Positions 10,872 to 19,477 of a stretch of 35,880 nucleotides of DNA are shown one piece after another. The DNA is from Peribolospora baueri (Eukaryota): contig JAMDHS010000074.1 of NCBI GenBank assembly GCA_029717555.1, forward strand, positions 62,001-97,880. The letters are read 5' to 3'. Position 1 is the stretch's first letter. The number at the start of each line of letters is the position of its first letter. Below the pieces are notes generated by a model. It had not been told where the DNA came from and made no database searches. It saw only the letters and a list, made by a program, of their open reading frames with translations. The translations under genes and the position numbers were made by a program.

Positions 10872-13800
10872 ATGTCCCAGCCCTACGACCGTCGCCAATA
10901 CATACCCCCAGCCATGCCCCAGCACGGCCGCCCCGCCAGCCAGGTCGCCAGCCCGTCCTCGGCCAGTTACGACCATGGCCGCGATCTCGCTGACCATGAC
11001 CTCGATCGCCAGTCCCTCGAGCTCCATCACCCCGCCGGCGCCGCCGACGCCTACGCACCCCTCTCGTCCCCCGCAGAGTCCGATGGCTTTCTTCCCCAGC
11101 CTCGCGCTCCCTTCGCCCAAGAGCATGGCAACTACCGCTCCATCCCAGATCGCTCCCCCGACGTCTCCGCCCCTCCCTCTCGCACCCCGTCGCCCAGCCA
11201 CCACCCGCTCTCCGACGAATCGGCACAGGGGCCCATGGCCCCCTACCCCGTCCAGCTCAACCAGACCCGACGCGATACCGGCGGTGCCCAGAGCGACTAT
11301 TCGGACGCCTACGCCTTTCCCACCAGCGACGCCAGCCACGTTCGCAGCACCAACACTTCTACTCTTGTCGGCGGCAGCGGCTCCGACGAGACGCCTTACG
11401 ACGACGAAAAAGACGCCCGCGCCAACACCAACGCCAACGGCGTCCACGTCATCCACGCCGGCCTCGCACAGGCTCACCACGGTCGCGACCTAGCCCCGCG
11501 TGCCGGCGGCAAGCCTCCTGGCCCCGATGACGCCCTCCCACCGCCTTCCAAAAAGTCCCAGGCCGCCCCGCTCGTCAAGGCGAACCGGACCGCCTGGATA
11601 GACGGCATTCGCGGCATCGCCTCCGTCGTCATCTTCACTCACCACTTCTCCGACCTCACCTGGAGCTCGATCATGCCCAACACCCTTCCCCCCGGCTCCC
11701 TCGGCGGCCTTTTCAGGAATGGTCAGCTCGCCCTCGCTATGTACTACCTCCTCGGCGGTCGCGTCCTCGCTGTCAGCTTCCTCCGCAGCGCCTTCAAGGC
11801 CAAAGCCCTCGCCGAGGCTGCCTCCACCGAGCCCGGCGGCTTCGAGGGCGGCACCGTCCTCGCCACCATCCCCACCGGCCCCAGGGATTCCATCGTCGCC
11901 GACGGCTCCTCCGCTTACGGCGACCATGGCAGCCCCGCCTACCCCAACACGCCCCTCACCCCTACTTCGACCATCGGCAGGCACTCGGCCACCTCGGACG
12001 CACCCAAGGAGCACGAGAAGGGCCTCGTCTCACCCGCCTTCGTCGGGGTCCCCAGGCCGTTGGATCAGCCCCGTTGGGCGACGTTGAGCAGCTCCATCTT
12101 CCGCCGCTCCATCCGTCTCGCCGTACCCGCCATGGCCGTCGGCCTCATCCAGTGGCTCCTCGGCGCCCACAACGCCCTCGGCGACAAGGCTATCGAGGCC
12201 AGCACCCAGTTCCTCCACCCCTCCGACCTCTGGGCCCCCACCTGGGGACAGATCGGCAGCTTCGCCGGCTTCCTCCGCTTCTCTCTCGGCCTCTTCACCA
12301 ACCAGAACCACACCGAGATGCTCACCTTGGGCGCCCAGCTCTGGACCACCTACGACCAGTTCTGGGGCTCCATCATGGTCTACATCCTCGCCACCGCCGT
12401 CGCCTTCCTCCCCGCCCGCAGCAGGTACAGCGTCTACGCCGCCGTCGTCGTCGTCCTCTGGTGGATCACCAGTCCCAACTTTCTCTACGTCGTCGGACTC
12501 GCCATCTCCGACGCCTACGCCGCCGGCTACGTTCGCAAGATCCAGGACATGTGGCACCTCACCTTCCTCCTCGAGCTCTGCTTCATGACCCTCGCCCTGG
12601 CCTTCATCATCGGCGGCGGAACGGTGGCCACGCCCGCCGACTCGTACATCTCCCAAGTCACCGTCTACGCCGGCAAGTTTGGCTACGACCAGTCCACCAC
12701 CTGGCCCCAGGAGATGTACATGTCCAACTGGATCCCCACCGTCATGGCCTTTTGCTGGGTCGAGCTCTCCCACGCCATGCAGTGGCTCTGTTCCTGGCGC
12801 ATCTTCACCTGGATGGGCAAGGTCGCCTACGGCTTCTACCTCATGCAGTTCATTTCCCTGTATCTCATCGTGCCGCCCCTCGCCCTCTACTTCCATAACC
12901 ACGGTCGCAGCTTCTGGGGCGCCATCATCCCGACGTACATCATCACCCTCCTTTTCAACTTTCTCATGGCCTGGCTCGCCTACCACATCTTCGACCGCAC
13001 CGGCCTCAAGCTCGGCAAGGCGGCCTGGGACGGCCTCTTCATGTCCAAGGCCACCGGCGGCGGCGACTTTTTCCACATGCCCGCCAGGCTCGTCCGCTTC
13101 CTCGTCGACTACGTCATCCGCCTCCCCGGCCGCGTCGTCCGCGGCACCGCCAAGTCGTTCGTCCAAAAGGGCAAGGCCACCAAGTCGTTCGTCCACACCG
13201 TCTTCAACTGGCGCACCCTCGTCCGTCGTCCCCCGCCGCGCATGCCGTCCACCCCGGACGAGCTGGCGGAACTCTACTCGACCGCGTGGACGAGCGACCT
13301 GAGCAACGACAAGGAGGCGGTGCGCACCGCCAAGCTCCTTCGCTTCCAGTCCTACTCGTGGATCATCCAGATTTGGCTCATCCCCGCCATCACCATCGTC
13401 TGGGTCTGGTTCCACCCCACGGGCAACTGGACGTGGGACGCGTTGACCATCTCGTCCCTCTGGCGTTTCATGTGGGTCCTCGCCGTGCCCAACTGCCTGG
13501 CCGCCTACCTCGGCTTCATCACGCCCGACACGTCGCTGCCCAAGAAGGACCAGGACAAGAAGCCGGTCCACCGCGAGTACATCCGCAACTTTTACATCGC
13601 CCTCGTCACCAAGGGCTCCAACGAGGTCGCCGTCCGCCGCGGCTACCAGACGCTGGAGAAGCTCGAGGTGCACCACCCGGCCATCAAGACATACGTCTTG
13701 ACCGACGAGCCGTACGCTTACCCGGATCTCAAGAACATCGTCTGTCCCAAGTCGTACAAGTCGGCCCGCGGCCTGGCCAAGTACAAGGCGCGCGCTCTTG

Positions 13801-14630
13801 ACCACTTCCGGGTGTTCATGAAGCTGAACGAGTTTGACTGGGTGCTCCACATGGACGAGGAATCGATCACCGACGCCGAGTCGGTGCGCAGGATGTTCGA
13901 CCTGATCCGCTACACCCCGCACCACTACGCTCAGGGCATCATCCTCTACAACGGCGAGGGCTACTGGAAGAACTGGTACTTCACCGTCGCCGACGGTCTT
14001 CGCGTCGGAGACGACCTCGCCCGCTTCCACTTCCAAAACACCGTCATCAACCGGCCCATCTTTGGCGTCCACGGCTCTTTCCTTCTCATGAACGGCGAGG
14101 TGGAGAACAACGTCACCTGGGACTTTGGCACGCTCGCCGAGGACTTTGAGTTTTCTCAGGAGGCCTGGAGGCAGGGCTTCACCGTCGGTCGCGTCCACGG
14201 CATCGTTCGGGAGCAGAGCCCGACGACGCTGCCCGACTTTCTCAAGCAGCGACGCCGTTGGTTCGTCGGCATCCAGGCCATCAAGGGCGTTCACGGTTTC
14301 CCGCACCTGGCCATCAACCTGTGGATCGTCGGCGTGTTCTGCCTCGGCGCGACGCTCATCAACATTCCTTTTTCTTTTGTCGACTACTCCCTCACGCCCT
14401 TTTGGATCGCCGTCTGCGCCGACTTTTCCCTCGCCACCTTTGAGGTCCTCTACCTGTGGGGCCTCCTCTTCCAGGACATTGACGCCGGCGTGCCCTGGTA
14501 CTTGACCGTCATCCACCTCCCCTGCGCCGTCGTCATCCAGCCCTTCGCCGCCATCTCCGAGGGCCTTGCGGCGATTTGGGGTATGGCCTCGGAGGGGTTG
14601 CACACGTTCGACGTCATTGTCAAGAAGTGA
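10872..14630 (+). CDS. Fusion protein, 1252 aa, intronless: N-terminal acyltransferase-3 domain + C-terminal membrane-bound GT2 (Glyco_trans_2_3, egghead-like putative beta-mannosyltransferase/synthase)
   Basis: Single ORF with strongly C/G-ending codons. AT3 (~11586-13016): RTAWIDGIRGIASVVIFTHH, YYLLGG, FRRSIRLAVP, QLWT, MGKVAYGFYL. GT2 (~13580-14260): LVTKG, YKARAL, WVLHMDEES (13851), GVHGSFLL, TLAEDFEF (14136), REQSP..DFLKQRRRW (14247-14261). Two TM segments precede the GT2 and 2-3 follow it. Confidence 0.92.
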   Translation: MSQPYDRRQYIPPAMPQHGRPASQVASPSSASYDHGRDLADHDLDRQSLELHHPAGAADAYAPLSSPAESDGFLPQPRAPFAQEHGNYRSIPDRSPDVSAPPSRTPSPSHHPLSDESAQGPMAPYPVQLNQTRRDTGGAQSDYSDAYAFPTSDASHVRSTNTSTLVGGSGSDETPYDDEKDARANTNANGVHVIHAGLAQAHHGRDLAPRAGGKPPGPDDALPPPSKKSQAAPLVKANRTAWIDGIRGIASVVIFTHHFSDLTWSSIMPNTLPPGSLGGLFRNGQLALAMYYLLGGRVLAVSFLRSAFKAKALAEAASTEPGGFEGGTVLATIPTGPRDSIVADGSSAYGDHGSPAYPNTPLTPTSTIGRHSATSDAPKEHEKGLVSPAFVGVPRPLDQPRWATLSSSIFRRSIRLAVPAMAVGLIQWLLGAHNALGDKAIEASTQFLHPSDLWAPTWGQIGSFAGFLRFSLGLFTNQNHTEMLTLGAQLWTTYDQFWGSIMVYILATAVAFLPARSRYSVYAAVVVVLWWITSPNFLYVVGLAISDAYAAGYVRKIQDMWHLTFLLELCFMTLALAFIIGGGTVATPADSYISQVTVYAGKFGYDQSTTWPQEMYMSNWIPTVMAFCWVELSHAMQWLCSWRIFTWMGKVAYGFYLMQFISLYLIVPPLALYFHNHGRSFWGAIIPTYIITLLFNFLMAWLAYHIFDRTGLKLGKAAWDGLFMSKATGGGDFFHMPARLVRFLVDYVIRLPGRVVRGTAKSFVQKGKATKSFVHTVFNWRTLVRRPPPRMPSTPDELAELYSTAWTSDLSNDKEAVRTAKLLRFQSYSWIIQIWLIPAITIVWVWFHPTGNWTWDALTISSLWRFMWVLAVPNCLAAYLGFITPDTSLPKKDQDKKPVHREYIRNFYIALVTKGSNEVAVRRGYQTLEKLEVHHPAIKTYVLTDEPYAYPDLKNIVCPKSYKSARGLAKYKARALDHFRVFMKLNEFDWVLHMDEESITDAESVRRMFDLIRYTPHHYAQGIILYNGEGYWKNWYFTVADGLRVGDDLARFHFQNTVINRPIFGVHGSFLLMNGEVENNVTWDFGTLAEDFEFSQEAWRQGFTVGRVHGIVREQSPTTLPDFLKQRRRWFVGIQAIKGVHGFPHLAINLWIVGVFCLGATLINIPFSFVDYSLTPFWIAVCADFSLATFEVLYLWGLLFQDIDAGVPWYLTVIHLPCAVVIQPFAAISEGLAAIWGMASEGLHTFDVIVKK

Positions 14631-15468
14631 CGTCCCTCCTCCCCTCCCTTTTCTTTGTTTCCGGGTTTTCTTTTCTTTTTCCCCGCCGCTCTGCCGGCTC
14701 TTTTCGTGGACCTTTGGAGATTTTCTCTTTGCCCTCGATACTACGATGGACGGACGGTTTCGGTTCCTTTTTCCATTTTTTTTCCGTCTTGTGTCACCCA
14801 TTCTACCGCTTCTCCCCACCCGTACACTCGCGTCTTCTTCTCCTCATTCACCACATGTCTATCTATCGTCTATGTTTGTCTGTCTGGTGCCTGTTCGTTC
14901 GTCTGTCTGTCGGTCGTCCTTCGGCCCCCTTGCTTTCTTCTCCTCCTTCTGTCCCTCTCTACGTCCATCTCCTCCTTAACAGAACACTCTCTCGTCCCTC
15001 TCTGAACCGGCTGCCGTATTTCCCTGTTTCTCCGTGTGTCGACCAATCGATCGATCGATCCGATCCTTGCATCTTCATGATGTCAGATGTCAGATGTCTG
15101 TGTGTCTCCTTTGCCCTTGGCGAAATCGCTAAATGGGCCGTGGGCAGATCTGCGAAGCACACGAACGGTGTGGGAAGAAAGGGAGGGAGGGCAACTTGGA
15201 CATGGCTTGAGCGGTCAATTGAACCGCTTCGCTCGGTCTCTCGCTCGCTGACTTGGACTTTGACTGTGAATGACTGCGGCGGAACATGATCGATCGGATG
15301 ATGAGGCGCGAAACGTAACGTCGTCGGACGGACGGACAGACGGATGATCATCATCCGGATCGTCTGTCCTCCTCCTTTTTTTTTTTTCCACTCGACAAAA
15401 TCGCAGCGGCGCCCACGAGCGAAGTAAGAAGGAAGGGCGCTTTGAAAAGGAAGTCAGAAGGAAGAAAG

Positions 15469-18400
15469 ATGTCCGGATCGTCGTCGACGACGGCGGCGCG
15501 CCTCTTGCGAAGGCTCGAGGACGCTGGTGCCGATGACGCGCGGTTGGCGAACTTGACGGAGAGCTTTTGTATGGTGAGCAAGTGCTGTGCGGTGCGGAAG
15601 GAAGAAGGAAAGGGATGCGCTCATTTATCTTTTGTCTCGTCTTTCTCTTCTATCCTTATTTCTATACTTTTCTTTCCTTTTATTTCCTTTTATTTCCTTT
15701 TATTTCCTTTTATCTTCACTAACGACGTACAGATTGGCACACCCCTCCCCGCCCTCGACTCGTCCAAACGAGACGCAAACGAGTACGAGCCGATATGGAA
15801 ACAAGAAGTCCGAGACGAGAAGGGTCGTAGGAGGTTTCATGGTGCTTTTACGGGCGGCTTTTCGGCTGGTTATTTTAATACTGTTGGATCTGTTGATGGA
15901 TGGACGCCTGCTTCGTTCAAGAGCTCGAGGGCTGACAAGAAGGACAAGGAGAGGGCGAGGGAGAGTGGGAGGGAGAGTGGGAAGGGAAAGGTCGGATCGA
16001 GGCCGGAGGATTTCATGGACGAGGAGGACCTTGCGGACTGGAGGGAGAAAAAGACCTTGGAGGCCACCGCCGACGACCGCGACCGCGACCGCGCTGGATC
16101 ATCGGACGCCGACCGCCTCGGCTTTGGCACGCTCGGAGAGTTGCAGAGCAGAGCTGTTCGCGACGACGAGTGAGTCCGTCATGGGTTGACAGGCGTCGTC
16201 GTCGTCGCTTCGCTTCTTTTTGACATCCTTCTTCCTCGCCGCCTTTTCAGGTCCCTCGACAACAGCCTCGCAGATATCGTCGCTCCCGTCTCTTCCGGTC
16301 TCGGCGTTCGTCTCCTCCGTCGCATGGGGTGGAGAGAAGGTCAAGGCCTCGGCCCTCGCGTGTCCGCCGCCAAGCGCACGGTCATGCGCCGTCAACTCGG
16401 TCTCCCATCCGACTCTGGAGAAGATGAACACGGCGAAGAGGAGAAGAAGCACCTTTTCGCCCCTCCCGACACCCCGCTGGTCGTCTTTACCTCCAAAGAC
16501 GATGCCGTCGGTCTCGGTTACAACAGCGGCCCCCGCTTGGTCGATCTCGTCCGCGAGCCATCCCCTTCCCGCCCGACCAAGGGACCGGCTGGGGCTGGGT
16601 CCAGGAGAGGTGAGCTAGTGTCCACGTTCGCCGCCACCTTCATCCACTCTCCCCTCATCGCTTTCCTCTGGCTTTCCCGTCACTACCAGACGCGTTTGGA
16701 CTGAGCGTATTCGAGGATGCATCCGACGATGAGGACATCTACTCGAGCACGGCTCGGCCGACGGACGTCACAGATCGTCTCGGCAGCGCCCCATACGGTC
16801 CAGGCATGTCCGTCGACGACGACGACGGCGACGTGCTTCGCTTCGGGCGTCATGGCAGACGAGATGGGGCCGAGCGAGGGAACCGGATGGATCGGGTGAG
16901 TCTCCATCGTAAATCTACGATTCCAGGTGTGTTTTCTTTTTTTTTTTTTTCACTCGACACTCATTCTGATCTCTTCCCTCCTCAACGCACAAGCACGGAG
17001 AAATTCCCGCAACGTTCCACGACGGTCGGCCCGTCTTGCGAGGCTTCGTACTCGCTTCCAAACCCGCACCGCAGCAACCTTGGTTTGAGCCACCGAAAAT
17101 GCCCAACGGCTGGAGGCCGGATCCTCAGCGATTATGGGAGATGGCGAAAAAGGCAAGACGAGAGAAGGAAAACGTTGCGCCTGGCGTCGTGCCTGCGCAA
17201 CGCGCCTCCAACGATCAAGCGTCTCAACTCGGTCCAGACGAGAGAGGCGCTATCCTCAGAGAGGCCAAGCTGGAAGCACCCCCTCGGTCCGTCTTTCAGT
17301 ATCTTTCCCAGAAGGATAAGGACCGATTGGCCGCCTTGGGGCGCCCGTCGTCAACGCCGCCACGCGGCCGCGGGCATGGCCCGCCCGGACCGCCACCGCC
17401 ACCGCCAGGGGGGGCCCGACAGCTCATCAGCCCCGCTGACGTGCAAGTACCTCGGACCGATCCTGCCACCGCTGCAGCTGCTCTGAAAGGCTATATGCCG
17501 TTCAGCGATGACTTGATCAAACAGGCACGATACAAGGCCTACCTCACCTCTCAGGCCAATCCGCCGCCCTCCGACCCGGAAACGGACAGGCCCCCACCGC
17601 TGCCTTTCTTCCCGCCCCCATCAATGAAGCTGGAAGAATTGCAGAGAGAGCTGTCCGACTTTGCCAAGAGCGCCGCCATGTTCCGGCCCATCAGCAGCAT
17701 GATGGCCAGCCGATTCACGACGGCCACCACTGAACACGGAAACATGGACGGCAGAGTTCCCCAGGCGGGCCTTCACGTCCCTGATACCGCCGCCGAAGCT
17801 GCTCGTACGGCCACGGCTGATGGCAAGCCATCGGACCGGCTGCAGCCCGCGAAGGAGGAAACGCCGCGGGAGAAGGCGGTGCGCGAAGGAAACTTTGGCC
17901 CCCTCACCCGCACGGTCAAAAACATTTACCCGGTCCGACTCTTTTGTAAGCGCTTCAACGTGCCGGACCCTCATCCGGGAGGGCCTGAGGTGGAGGACGA
18001 GGACGAAGGCCCTGGTTTCCAGTTTGGAGGCGCCAAGGCTCAGGCGGCCAGTAAAGGCGGTGGCGGTCGAGGCGGTGCCAGACACGTGGACGATTGGAAA
18101 GGCGGCGTAGAGCGAGAGATGCAGATGGCCGCTGCCAACCGTAGTTGGCAGGCCGCGACGCCTTCGACGGGCATGGCTGGCCAACTCGGCGGCGGCGGCG
18201 CTCCATCTTCCTCAAGCGCGACGCCTTCCAAGGAGGGCACGCCGACTCTGCTGCCGACGCTCGCCAACGTCGGTCTCGGCGATGACGAACTGCAAGGGCG
18301 CGACATTCTCACGTATGAGAAGCCAAGCTTGGACATTTTCAAGGCCATCTTCGCCGACGAGGACGAGGACGAGGACGAGGACGATGAGGACGACGAGGAT

Positions 18401-19030
18401 GACAAAGACGAAGAGGAGAGGAATGAAAGATCTGCACGACAGGGGAGCCAGCCAGTTCAAGTCGCTGGAAATATCAACCAACCCCTCAAGTCCCCCCACC
18501 CGCACCAGACGGACGACGAGCCGGCCGACCCTTCAAAGCCTTTCAAGCCGACCTTTGTTCCTCGCGCCAAGAGGCCCGTGCCCGCTGACGAAGATGGCGG
18601 TGGTGACGTATCGTTTGGACAGGCTGTTGGCGCGACGGCCAAGCGCGCCAAGGCGGCCGCTGAGGATGAAGAAGAAGGGCGGAGGCGGAAAGAGAAGAAG
18701 CGGGAGAAGAAGAAGAAGGAGAAGAAAGGGCGTGGCATGGTGAGCTTCGATCTTGAAGAGGAGGAGGAGCCGCAGGATGATAGCGACAGGGTTTCGAAGC
18801 GAAGGAAAGCAGAATCGAACGGGAAGGATAGGCGGAAAGACGAGGATCTTCGAAAGGATCGGGCGCGGGAAGGGAAGGGACAGGGCGAAGAGAAGGACAG
18901 GGCGCATGGGCCAACAGCGCATGCCGGCGATGGCGAGGACGCGCGGACATCTGCAGAAGCGGTCAGCAGCGCTACCGCCGACGCTGGCCACCAGCACCGA
19001 CGGAGAGCCAAGGCGGCGGATCTGTTTTGA
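15469..19030 (+). CDS. GPATCH1: G-patch domain-containing protein 1 homolog (DUF1604 + G-patch), ~1047 aa, 5 exons
   Basis: Exons 15469-15573, 15733-16169, 16251-16609, 16690-16895, 16994-19030 (3144 nt, in frame). Motifs: [42 protein letters not shown]-patch [39 protein letters not shown]. Confidence 0.92.
15673..15713 (+). repeat. (TTTCCTTTTA)4 tandem repeat in GPATCH1 intron 1
   Basis: Read directly. Confidence 0.9.
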
Positions 19031-19477
19031 GTTTGTTTTTTTCGCAAGGAGCACATCATGTACAACACAAGTCTCGTATTCGCCCTCTAGCACTCGAGCC
19101 ATCTATCGACCTATATATCTCGCGAATAAAGCGTTAAGCGTAACCCCGACAAGAACATGTCGAAGTGTTATCTATGTATGGAAGCCCCGGAAAACAATGG
19201 AACCCAGTACTCTACAAACCTACCGAAATATCTGGATGCACAGGATGAAAAATCGTGAAGGAGAGGAGCAATGAAAACCCTTGGATTGAGAAAACAGATG
19301 TCACCCGGAAGGAAGCAGGGAAGAAAGGAAACAAGGAAAGACAGATTGTCCTGAGAGAGCCGATGCTAGGAGAGAAACGAGGGTGGGGGATGATACGGAG
19401 AGTCCAAGAGAGGAGCAAGGCAGACGCGAAAGAGCGAAAGAGCGTGTGACAAGATAAGGTATGAGCGAGGGAGTGAC

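Noticed and set aside
3436..14630. Reading the cluster as a known pathway (mannosylerythritol-lipid cluster, Cryptococcus Cas1 capsule acetylation, or chitin/cellulose synthase)
   Set aside because: No MFS exporter or soluble acyltransferases as in MEL clusters, no Cas1-type extracytoplasmic esterase domain, and the GT2 motifs (KARAL, HMDEES, EQSP) fit egghead-like enzymes rather than chitin synthase despite the shared QRRRW.
12030..14819. 929-aa antisense ORF over AT3-GT2 (similarly 3283-5025 over AT3, 8230-9114 over GH26, 20809-21519 over PRM10)
   Set aside because: Shadow ORFs expected from C/G-ending codons on the real strand; no motifs, V/G/E/D-biased composition, and mostly non-ATG starts.
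15297..15369. Hammerhead-like GATGAG..CGAAAC followed by a nested inverted repeat (GGACAGACG 15334-15342 / CGTCTGTCC 15361-15369)
   Set aside because: Core reads ATGATGA rather than CTGATGA, there is no room for stem II, and flanking stems do not fit. The short hairpin is built from GATC/GACG low-complexity sequence.
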